Assembly (NCBI GenBank): GCA_043816005.1
Contig: JBDRIM010000085.1
Coordinates: 1 to 44,567 of the forward strand
Length of the DNA: 44,567 bases
DNA from: Candidatus Micrarchaeota archaeon
GTDB lineage: Archaea; Micrarchaeota; Micrarchaeia; Anstonellales; Bilamarchaeaceae
Direction: 5' to 3'
Positions 36,815-44,567 of this stretch are shown piece after piece. The position numbers and the translations under genes were made by a program. The notes under the pieces were generated by a model. It did not search any database, had not been told where the DNA came from, and worked only from the letters and a program-made list of their open reading frames with translations. Numbering within the stretch: the stretch's first letter is position 1; each line of letters begins with the position of its first letter.

Positions 36815-37516
36815 ATGATAATAATACCTGCTATAGATTTGATGGATGGAAAATGCGTGCGCCTTGTACAAGGTGAAAAGGCAAATGTTATAGTATATGA
36901 CAAAACTCCAATGGAGATCGCCGAAGAATACGAAAGTAGGGGCGTTCGTCTAATCCACGTAGTTGATTTGGACGGTGCATTTACTGGACAAATGAAAAAC
37001 ATAGAAATAGTGCTAGCTCTGGCAAAAAAATTCCCGATCCAAGTTGGTGGGGGGATACGGTCAGAATCACTGATAAAAAAACTACTTGCTGGAGGAGTAA
37101 AAAAAGTTATTTTGAGTACACTTCTTTTCAAGAACAAAACAAAAGCAGAAGAACTCAAGAAAAAATATTTTGGAAAGCTTGTTGGTTCGTTTGATTTCAA
37201 GGGTGGAAAATTATCATATGCTGGTTGGACAAAAAAAAGCAACTTAAGTTTTGATGAGGTTGTACGTGGGCTTGCTGAGATAGTTGTGACTGATATCTCA
37301 AGAGATGGAACACTAAAAGGTCCAAATATTGAACTTTTAAAATCACTCAAATGCTCCGCAAAGATAATTGCAGCTGGTGGTGTGCTTGATGTTTTTGATC
37401 TTATTGAACTAAAGCGATCTGGAGTATATGGTGCAATTGTTGGCAGAGCATTTCTAGAAGGAAGAATGAAACTTCGTGATGGGTTTTTACTTGAAGGTGG
37501 GACTGATGTGGTGTAA
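36815..37516 (+). CDS. hisA: ProFAR isomerase
   Basis: [44 protein letters not shown]. Confidence 0.96.
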   Translation: MIIIPAIDLMDGKCVRLVQGEKANVIVYDKTPMEIAEEYESRGVRLIHVVDLDGAFTGQMKNIEIVLALAKKFPIQVGGGIRSESLIKKLLAGGVKKVILSTLLFKNKTKAEELKKKYFGKLVGSFDFKGGKLSYAGWTKKSNLSFDEVVRGLAEIVVTDISRDGTLKGPNIELLKSLKCSAKIIAAGGVLDVFDLIELKRSGVYGAIVGRAFLEGRMKLRDGFLLEGGTDVV

Positions 37517-38261
37517 GAGGATCATTCCTTGCCTTGATGTACTTGGTAATAAAGTAGTTAAGGGCACAAATTTCGTTTCATTGCGTGATGCAGGCGATCC
37601 AATCCAGCTTGCTAAAAAATATTATCAAGAAGGTGCAGATGAACTAATATTCCTTGATATTTCAGCTTCATTGGAGGGAAGAACAACTATGGTTGACGTG
37701 ACAAAAAAAGTTGCAAAAGAAATCTTCATTCCATTTACTATTGGCGGTGGCATCAATTCATTAGACGACATTAATACTCTTCTCAGAGCAGGGGCAGACA
37801 AAGTTTCATTGAACAGTGCAGCAATTACAGATCAAAAGCTAATAGAAAAAGCAGCTGATGAATTTGGTTCACAAGCAATAGTTGTGGCTATTGATGCGAA
37901 ATGGGACAATGGAAAATTCGAAGTCTATTCCAAAAGTGGCACTACTCCAACAAAAATCGATGCCATTCAATGGGCAAAAACAACAACAAAACTTGGTGCT
38001 GGCGAACTTTTAGTTACCAGTATAGATAATGACGGCACAAAAACAGGGTTTAATATCGAACTCACATCTGCAATTTCACAAAGTGTAAAAGTACCAGTCA
38101 TTGCATCTGGGGGTGCTGGATCAGCTGAAGATTTTCTTGATGTTTTCCAAAAAACAAAAGCATCTGCAGCTCTTGCAGCAAGCATTTTCCACTATGGCAC
38201 AGTGCCAATTCCTGAATTAAAAAAATATTTACAAAATAATGGGGTTGATATGCGTGTTTAA
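37506..38261 (+). CDS. hisF: IGP synthase cyclase subunit
   Basis: [42 protein letters not shown]. Confidence 0.97.
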   Translation: MWCKRIIPCLDVLGNKVVKGTNFVSLRDAGDPIQLAKKYYQEGADELIFLDISASLEGRTTMVDVTKKVAKEIFIPFTIGGGINSLDDINTLLRAGADKVSLNSAAITDQKLIEKAADEFGSQAIVVAIDAKWDNGKFEVYSKSGTTPTKIDAIQWAKTTTKLGAGELLVTSIDNDGTKTGFNIELTSAISQSVKVPVIASGGAGSAEDFLDVFQKTKASAALAASIFHYGTVPIPELKKYLQNNGVDMRV

Positions 38262-38832
38262 TATTAGTAAAATAAAATTTGATAAGGATGGCTTAGTACC
38301 AATGATAATACAAGATTCTGATAGTGGTGCAGTTCTATCTCTTTTTTATGCTGATCAAAAAGCAATTGAAAAAATGGAGAAAGAAGGCTATGTGTGGCGT
38401 TTCAGCCGTAGCAAGAAAAAACTTATGAAAAAAGGTGAGGAAAGTGGTTGCATTCAGAAAATCATCTCAATAAAATTTGATTGTGACTGTGATGCGATTT
38501 TAGTGAAAGTACAACCTTCTGGTCCAGCTTGCCACACTGGAAAGTTTTCGTGTTTTAGTGATTTGGGTTCGATTCTCTCACAACTTACAAAAGTTATCGC
38601 CGAGCGCAAGCTTAAACCATCTAAAAATTCATATGTTTCTAGTATAATCAATGATAAACAAAAAATAATCGATAAGCTTAATGAAGAACTTGTTGAATTA
38701 ATTGAAGCTAAGAAGAACAGCGAAATCGTATGGGAAGCAGCCGATTTGCTTTTCTTTATGCTTGTCTATCTTGAGAACAGAAGCATTAAATTTTCTAAAG
38801 TTCTGAATGAATTGGAAAGAAGACGGAAGTGA
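38254..38832 (+). CDS. hisIE: Bifunctional phosphoribosyl-AMP cyclohydrolase / phosphoribosyl-ATP pyrophosphatase
   Basis: FSRS..L.KKGEESG, DCDCDA, ACHTG..SCF, then KLNEE and EAADLLF. GTG start assumed. Confidence 0.94.
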   Translation: MFNISKIKFDKDGLVPMIIQDSDSGAVLSLFYADQKAIEKMEKEGYVWRFSRSKKKLMKKGEESGCIQKIISIKFDCDCDAILVKVQPSGPACHTGKFSCFSDLGSILSQLTKVIAERKLKPSKNSYVSSIINDKQKIIDKLNEELVELIEAKKNSEIVWEAADLLFFMLVYLENRSIKFSKVLNELERRRK

Positions 38833-38836
38833 CTAT

Positions 38837-40066
38837 ATGAAACTTACACCAAAAGGGATGCGAGATATTGCACCAGAGAACATGTTATTCAGAGAAGAAG
38901 TAATCGAAAAACTTAGATCAATCTTTCGTAACTATGGCTATCGTCCTCTTGAAACGCCTGCAATGGAATATTTGGATACATTAAGAGCCAAGGCAGGACA
39001 GGAAGTTGACAAGCAGATTTTTGTTATTGATGGCAATGAATATGGCCTGAGATTTGACCTTACGGTTCCTCTTGCAAGATATGCAGCTTCAGCAGATGTT
39101 CCAAAACCATTCAAACGATATGCAATAGACGTTGTATGGAGAAAAGAAGAACCGCAAAGAGGACGATTTAGAGAATTTTATCAGGCAGATGTTGATGTTG
39201 TAGGGAGTCCATCTATGCGCTGCGAAGCAGAAATTCTATCACTTTCCAGAGACGTATGTCTAGCATTTGGTTTTTCAAAACCAAAAATCTTACTTAACAA
39301 CAGAAAAATCCTCGACGGTATTGCAAATAAACTTGGATTCAACGAACAAAAAGACGAAGTATTTCGGATTTTAGATAAACTCGATAAAATCGGGGAAAAA
39401 GAAGTTGGTTCACTTTTAAGCAGGACAATAGGAAAGAAAGCACACGAGCTTTTGAAAATCATTCGGGCAAAAGGTGGTAATAAAGAAAAACTTGATTTGG
39501 CTGCATCTTACAGTGAAGAAGGTGCAAGAGAACTAGAACAAATAATAAGCATTTGTGACTTTGAAATATCTGTTGATTTATTTTTGGTTCGTGGACTTGG
39601 ATACTATACAGGGCCTGTTTTTGAAGTGAAATTAAGCGAAAGCATTGGTTCTGTTGCTGGTGGTGGAAGATACGATAATCTTCTTGGTGTTTATGGACAA
39701 TCATCACCTGCAGTTGGGATCTCCTTTGGTATTGAAAGACTGATTACTTTACTTGAAGAAAAAGGAAAATCAACAAAAAAAACAGACACCATCTTAGTCA
39801 TAACCGCAGTTAATCCAGAACTTTACAATTCCTCACTTGTCATTGCAGCTCAATTCCGTAAAGCAGGAATAAAATGCGAAACAGATCTTAATGAACGTAA
39901 TTTACGCAAGCAATTTGATTATGCCAATGTTCTCAATATTCCATTCGTTGCAATAATCGGTGATCGTGAAATCTCATCGAAAAAGATTACTCTTCGCGAT
40001 ATGGCATCTGGAAAAGAAGAATTGCTTTCTGTAGAAGATGCGGTAAAGAAAATGCGAGGTAGTTAA
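38837..40066 (+). CDS. hisS: Histidyl-tRNA synthetase
   Basis: PKGMRD, LRFDLTVP, GRFREFYQ, VRGLGYYTG, GGGRYD, GIER; anticodon-binding domain present. Confidence 0.96.
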   Translation: MKLTPKGMRDIAPENMLFREEVIEKLRSIFRNYGYRPLETPAMEYLDTLRAKAGQEVDKQIFVIDGNEYGLRFDLTVPLARYAASADVPKPFKRYAIDVVWRKEEPQRGRFREFYQADVDVVGSPSMRCEAEILSLSRDVCLAFGFSKPKILLNNRKILDGIANKLGFNEQKDEVFRILDKLDKIGEKEVGSLLSRTIGKKAHELLKIIRAKGGNKEKLDLAASYSEEGARELEQIISICDFEISVDLFLVRGLGYYTGPVFEVKLSESIGSVAGGGRYDNLLGVYGQSSPAVGISFGIERLITLLEEKGKSTKKTDTILVITAVNPELYNSSLVIAAQFRKAGIKCETDLNERNLRKQFDYANVLNIPFVAIIGDREISSKKITLRDMASGKEELLSVEDAVKKMRGS

Positions 40067-40067
40067 T

Positions 40068-40568
40068 TTGCTTAAAATTCCGCTTTTTTATCTTAGGGAC
40101 AAGCAGTTATTTACAAAAAAAGAAGGTAAAATACGTTTTGTCGGTAAACCTCTTGACGTTGCTAAAGAGTTAAAAAAAGACTACAAACTCCTACATTTTG
40201 TTGATATGGATGCACTTTCTGGTCGTAATACTAATCTTGATGTCTACAATGGTCTCACATATTTCATCAATGTACAGGTTGAATGTGCACCGAAAACTGA
40301 TATCATAAATAAACTATTAACCCTCAAATGCCGTGTTGTGTTACTTCCGACAGCAGAATTGGACATTTCTTTGAATCCTAATCTCATGGTAGCAAAGATC
40401 ACATCTGATTATACTGGTGATGCAGATGGCTTTAGGGATGTTATTCTTGAAAATTATGACGAGCTAAATGCAAAGAAATTCCAAAAATTAGGGAAAAGAA
40501 TAATTGTATATGAAAATCAAAAACCAAAAAAAACAAAAGACATTTGGGGAGTTATTTTCCACCCCTAA
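40068..40568 (+). CDS. Short, divergent HisA/HisF-like barrel protein
   Basis: IPLFYLRD..., G.PLDVAK, LLHFVDMDA, N...INVQV echo the HisA N-terminal half; GGG phosphate loops are absent. Confidence 0.6.
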   Translation: MLKIPLFYLRDKQLFTKKEGKIRFVGKPLDVAKELKKDYKLLHFVDMDALSGRNTNLDVYNGLTYFINVQVECAPKTDIINKLLTLKCRVVLLPTAELDISLNPNLMVAKITSDYTGDADGFRDVILENYDELNAKKFQKLGKRIIVYENQKPKKTKDIWGVIFHP

Positions 40569-41388
40569 GTAGCTTCTTTTTTACTGCACTGAGTTTAGCT
40601 GCAGCCTCGCTTGTTTTCGTTGGTGTTCTGCTTTTTTGAACAGGTGGTGATGTCCCCTTTGTTGATTCTGCAAGAGGCATTTGTACGGAGTCCGGTGTGA
40701 GTATTCTTAGTCCATTGTCATCTATAGCTATAGGATAAGATCTTATTGAATGGTCAATCCCTTTCATCTTTAATACCTCTATATATCTTGACCTTTCCAT
40801 TTTTTCATCATTATATTTATAGAACATATTTATCCAACCATCACTGAAACTTTCAATCCCATATCCTGTATTTGGTACATGTTCTGATTCCAAAACAGAT
40901 ATATCTTCTGAAACAATAAGGATCGTTGATTTCCATCTCCTTAAATTCTCCATGAATTTAAGAAATCCTTTTTTGCGTTCATCCTCGCCCTGAAAGAAAA
41001 GTGCAATTGGCATTATGGAATCTATGACAACTCGTTTTACACCAGTTGTAGAAATTATCTCCTGTATAGCACTTGCTTGATTTATTATTTGATCTACTTC
41101 GTGTATGGGATAGTCTAACAATATAAATTTCCTATCTTTTTCTAGTGGGTAAATATCCCATTTATACGAACCATTATGAAAGAAAAAGTCATTTCTACTT
41201 TCTTCTATAGAAATATGTAATCCCGGTTCATTATGTTGCATAACGCCGTTATACAAAAATTGTGTTGCAAGAGTGCTTTTTCCACATCCAGTTGGACCAC
41301 TAACAGTGACGATGGAGTTTTCAAGAAATCCCCCTCCAAGAAGTCCGTCCAATCCAGGTATCCCGCTGTTGGTAAATTTTCTTTCCAT
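40552..41388 (-). CDS. KaiC/RAD55-family ATPase (single domain)
   Basis: SGIPGLDGLLGGG, GPTGCGKST, SIEES, RVVIDS, VLKMKG..H. Confidence 0.92.
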   Translation of the reverse strand: MERKFTNSGIPGLDGLLGGGFLENSIVTVSGPTGCGKSTLATQFLYNGVMQHNEPGLHISIEESRNDFFFHNGSYKWDIYPLEKDRKFILLDYPIHEVDQIINQASAIQEIISTTGVKRVVIDSIMPIALFFQGEDERKKGFLKFMENLRRWKSTILIVSEDISVLESEHVPNTGYGIESFSDGWINMFYKYNDEKMERSRYIEVLKMKGIDHSIRSYPIAIDDNGLRILTPDSVQMPLAESTKGTSPPVQKSRTPTKTSEAAAKLSAVKKKLLRGGK

Positions 41389-41879
41389 TATCCTTCCTCT
41401 TTTTCCATTATCTTCTTACCCATATCAGCTCTCCTTTTTAGATTTTCCTGAAGACTTGCAAGTTCATCTGGTTTGGATATCTTTGTAAGTATGTATCTTT
41501 TGTATTCTGCAGTAGTAGCAGACATGGTACCAAGAAGGGTATGTGCTTCAGCTAGGGGCAGTTTTATCTCATCTGGTCTAAGTATCTCCACATTATATGG
41601 GCTGTTAGCCATACAAACTGCGGCTAGCACAGCAAAATTTTTTGTCAGTATTTTTATTGCGATAGAGCTTGACCAGTTTGTTTTCTCATCTCCACCAATC
41701 GGTTCGTCTATCTCACCAAGTGCAAATACCACTCCAGACCTGTGAACAATCTCATTTACAAATCCAGTTCCAAGTTCTTGGACCAATTCTTTGGTTTTTG
41801 CATGTATGTCAAAATAAATCATGGCAAGTACACCGCCCTGAGATATAGCGTCTCGTGTTAATTTCTCAACATCTGTCAT
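41388..41879 (-). CDS. Hypothetical protein, co-transcribed with the KaiC-like ATPase
   Basis: 163-aa ORF; its stop overlaps the ATPase start. Confidence 0.7.
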   Translation of the reverse strand: MTDVEKLTRDAISQGGVLAMIYFDIHAKTKELVQELGTGFVNEIVHRSGVVFALGEIDEPIGGDEKTNWSSSIAIKILTKNFAVLAAVCMANSPYNVEILRPDEIKLPLAEAHTLLGTMSATTAEYKRYILTKISKPDELASLQENLKRRADMGKKIMEKEEG

Positions 41880-41942
41880 AATTCTCTTTCTGAAGTAAAT
41901 AGTTTAAAATACCGTGCTGATATGTCCTATCAGGTGCTATTT

Positions 41943-43043
41943 ATGAAACCAAAAAGAAATTTTCGTGGACAATCTAGAGGTCCAAGTGACCAAGAATTTG
42001 CTGATAAGAGAGAAAGATTCCTTAAAAGGACTAGGGACGCAGTTAGAGAAGCGCTTAAAAGCAGAGATATGCTTCTTGGCACAGTTACTCGTTCAATAGA
42101 GGATCTAGACAAAACAATCAATCTTCTCGGCGAGAAACTTGAAGATTGGTATGCGATTTATTTTCCAGAGCTGAAAGCAGAAGACAAGATTCAATTTGCA
42201 AAAGCTACACTTGCCATAGATAAGGAAAATATGGATGAAAAAGAACTTTCAGTGATATTTGGCCAAAATAAGGCTACAGAGCTTGTTGAAACTGCAAAAA
42301 GAAGCCTTGGTGTTCCATTATCCCCGAAAGATCTTTCAGAATGTCTTTCACTTTCTAGGACAATCTTAACATTAGAGAAACTTCGTAAGGATTATGATTT
42401 ATACCAAAAAGAATTGGCAGAAGAGTTATGTCCAAATTTATCAGAAGTTGCAGGTGCAGATATTGCAGCAAAGCTTGTTTCGCATATGGGGACGTTAGTT
42501 AGATTAGCAATGCTCCCTGCAAGTGCAATACAAGTTATAGGTGCAGAAAAAGCATTATTCAAACATCTGAAAAACCGGAACATTCCGCCTCCAAAACATG
42601 GTATAATATTCCAGCATGCAAAAATTTCTTCATCACCTAAGGCTGTCCGTGGAAAAATTGCCAGAACATTAGCGAACAAATTATGTTTAGCAGCAAAGGC
42701 AGATGCCTTTAGCAAAAGGCGCATATCTGGTCCGTTAAGGAAATCATTTGACGAGAAAGTGGTTCAAATTTTAAAAGATTATGAAATAGAAAAAACAAAA
42801 ATAAAGCCCGTGCAATCTGGACCACAAGCACCACCACAAGAATACCAACAACAAAAACCACAATACCAACAACAATCCAAACCACAAAATTATTCAGGAC
42901 ATCAACAAAAAACACAACAATATCCACCAAAACCACATTCACAGTCTAAACCCGCACATAAGCATGAAGCACATCAACACCACCAGCAATCTGGAACAAA
43001 TTCTCACCAACTCCCTCATCGCAAACACCACAAAAAAAAGTGA
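41943..43043 (+). CDS. nop5: C/D box sRNP protein Nop5 (Nop56/58) with Gln/His-rich tail
   Basis: WYAIYFPEL, CPNLSEVAG, PASAIQVIGAEKALF, PPKHGIIFQH, RGKIARTLA. Confidence 0.95.
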   Translation: MKPKRNFRGQSRGPSDQEFADKRERFLKRTRDAVREALKSRDMLLGTVTRSIEDLDKTINLLGEKLEDWYAIYFPELKAEDKIQFAKATLAIDKENMDEKELSVIFGQNKATELVETAKRSLGVPLSPKDLSECLSLSRTILTLEKLRKDYDLYQKELAEELCPNLSEVAGADIAAKLVSHMGTLVRLAMLPASAIQVIGAEKALFKHLKNRNIPPPKHGIIFQHAKISSSPKAVRGKIARTLANKLCLAAKADAFSKRRISGPLRKSFDEKVVQILKDYEIEKTKIKPVQSGPQAPPQEYQQQKPQYQQQSKPQNYSGHQQKTQQYPPKPHSQSKPAHKHEAHQHHQQSGTNSHQLPHRKHHKKK

Positions 43044-43050
43044 ATCTAAA

Positions 43051-43674
43051 ATGAAAATCCTGGCATTCTCTGATCTTCATCACGATGAAGCGGCTCTCGT
43101 ATCACTATCATTACTAGCAAAAAACTATGATCATGTTTTCATGTGTGGTGATCTTTCAAAAACAGAATTATTCGCCGATACTATAATAAAAAAATTTCCA
43201 AATGGTTTTTTAGTGCCAGGAAATTGGGATAGTGAACATGTCAATAAGATTTTCTCATTGACACCACAATGGGTTCATGAAAAACGTGTTGAACTTAATA
43301 ATGGTCTCAATGTGGTTGGTTTTGGTTATTCACCACCTACTCCATTCGGAACTTTTGGTGAACTGAGTGATGATGAAATTTACTTACGTATGTCTAAACT
43401 TAAAATAGATGAAAACACTCTTCTTTTACTACACTGTCCGCCGAAAGGACATTTTGATGAGGCATTTCTAAGACACATTGGTAGCACATCTATTTTGAAA
43501 ATAATCCAAGAGAAAAAACCATTTGCTGCATTTTTTGGCCATGCGCATGAACAAATTGGTACTGACGTAATTGGTCAAACTACATTGATCAAACTCCCAC
43601 CTGCTAATACTATGCGTGCATGTTCATTGTTAATTAAGAATAAAAAAATTACTGTGGAGTATATATGCTTATGA
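43051..43674 (+). CDS. Metallophosphoesterase (calcineurin-like)
   Basis: SDLH, CGD, PGNWD, HCPP, GHAHE. Confidence 0.92.
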   Translation: MKILAFSDLHHDEAALVSLSLLAKNYDHVFMCGDLSKTELFADTIIKKFPNGFLVPGNWDSEHVNKIFSLTPQWVHEKRVELNNGLNVVGFGYSPPTPFGTFGELSDDEIYLRMSKLKIDENTLLLLHCPPKGHFDEAFLRHIGSTSILKIIQEKKPFAAFFGHAHEQIGTDVIGQTTLIKLPPANTMRACSLLIKNKKITVEYICL

Positions 43675-44057
43675 TAACCATCCGAACAGTCAAACCTTCT
43701 GAAATGGATTCTGCAAAAGATTTTATCCAGTCAGTTTTTCCAGATGCGTTAGTCCAAATCGGAGATGAAGACATTATTCTGGTTGCTGAATATAACACCA
43801 AACTGATTGGTTTTGCACATGTTATTGAAGAGGAAGAACGCATCCTGCTTCAAGGGCTGGGAGTTGATCAAGCTATGCGTGGCCACGGTGTGGGTTCATT
43901 CCTTTTGGAAAACATACTTGATTTATTTGGTGAATTTAAACCCATCTATTTGAAGGTCAAAATCACGAATCCAGCAATAGATCTTTATTCAAGATATGGG
44001 TTTTTCCTAAAAAAATTCGGTGAAAGGTTGCTTCTTGTAAAAAAATTCAATACTTGA
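43665..44057 (+). CDS. GNAT family N-acetyltransferase
   Basis: V...RGHGVGS motif A; NPAIDLYSRYGF. Confidence 0.9.
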   Translation: MLMITIRTVKPSEMDSAKDFIQSVFPDALVQIGDEDIILVAEYNTKLIGFAHVIEEEERILLQGLGVDQAMRGHGVGSFLLENILDLFGEFKPIYLKVKITNPAIDLYSRYGFFLKKFGERLLLVKKFNT

Positions 44058-44153
44058 TTCGTAATAGCACCAATTAAATAGGTTATTATCCACTTTACTC
44101 TCGCTTTCTCCATATTTTAATGAAGATTTATTCTCTAATGGAGATAAAAAAAC

Positions 44154-44226
44154 GGGGAAATGAGCTAACCTGGCATGCTGTCAGCTTTGGGAGCTGGTTG
44201 TCTGAGTTCAAATCTCAGTTTCCCCA
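44154..44226 (+). tRNA. tRNA-Pro(TGG), intronless
   Basis: GGGGAAA/TTTCCCC acceptor stem, TCAGC-TTTGGGA-GCTGG anticodon arm, CTGAG-TTCAAAT-CTCAG T arm. Confidence 0.92.
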
Positions 44227-44233
44227 TTTTTAT

Positions 44234-44566
44234 TTATCTACGTAAAACTAACATTCCCTTCTTTTTTGGATTAAAGAAGTTTTCAACATACTTCCAAAGG
44301 AAGATTGAGATACTAATGCAACCTATTAATGATATGATATAAATTCCAATCATCGCTCCAAATCCATCAAACCAACTGAACAAAATCACACCCATGGCCA
44401 TATTTCTAATTGGAACATTAAACAAGAAAAACGGGTAACTAATAATTCCAATTATTCTTAATGGTGCAAAGGTTAATATTCTGTTGATTATGCTCTTTTC
44501 AGTTAGGGCCGATATCAATATCAATGTAAAACAAAGATTGGCTGATAAAAAGAAAATATTTTTTAT
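44234..44566 (-). CDS. Membrane O-acyltransferase (acyltransferase-3/OafA-like), C-terminal part, 5' partial
   Basis: PLRIIGIISYPFFLFN.PI and SIFLWKYVE motifs; frame is open to the window edge. Confidence 0.7.
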   Translation of the reverse strand: MKNIFFLSANLCFTLILISALTEKSIINRILTFAPLRIIGIISYPFFLFNVPIRNMAMGVILFSWFDGFGAMIGIYIISLIGCISISIFLWKYVENFFNPKKKGMLVLRR

Positions 44567-44567
44567 C

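Noticed and set aside
38837..40066. hisZ instead of hisS
   Set aside because: Synthetase motifs and the anticodon-binding domain are intact, and HisG is the long form that does not need HisZ.
40552..41388. Circadian clock locus
   Set aside because: This is a single-domain KaiC-like ATPase, common in archaea; no kaiA or kaiB is recognisable.
6285..42942. Numerous 60-150 aa ORFs overlapping assigned genes
   Set aside because: They are antisense or alternate-frame shadows of well-supported CDSs and carry no motifs.

Overview
Archaeal chromosomal segment, low GC, gene-dense. It has PolD large subunit, Nop5, cupin-type PGI, archaeal AlaRS/GlyRS, GGTGA ribosome-binding sites and tRNAs with multiple non-canonical introns. 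This points by inference to a DPANN archaeon, probably Micrarchaeota. Content: cysS, glyS, alaS, hisS, polC, purN, TrkAH, a Ca2+/H+ exchanger, ABC and MFS transporters, several surface proteins and lipoproteins, and a complete his operon (hisD, hisC::HAD phosphatase fusion, hisB, G, H, A, F, IE, hisS) behind an AbrB/MraZ-ACT regulator. There are five tRNA genes; four of them (Ala, Met, Lys, Gln) carry seven introns in total, at positions 15/16, 22/23, 37/38 and 59/60. Two signals stand out. (1) Short palindromic modules recur in the non-coding DNA. One family sits against the splice junctions of introns in three different tRNAs, a second set forms cassettes behind tRNA 3' ends, and a third is nested in intergenic spaces. 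(2) hisD lacks a convincing in-frame start. The best-placed ATG opens a 24-codon ORF whose only His codon follows a CUU codon (CUU-CAC), and a +1 slip there enters the hisD frame. This is a candidate histidine-starvation-dependent frameshift. All calls are by eye; no searches or folding programs were run.
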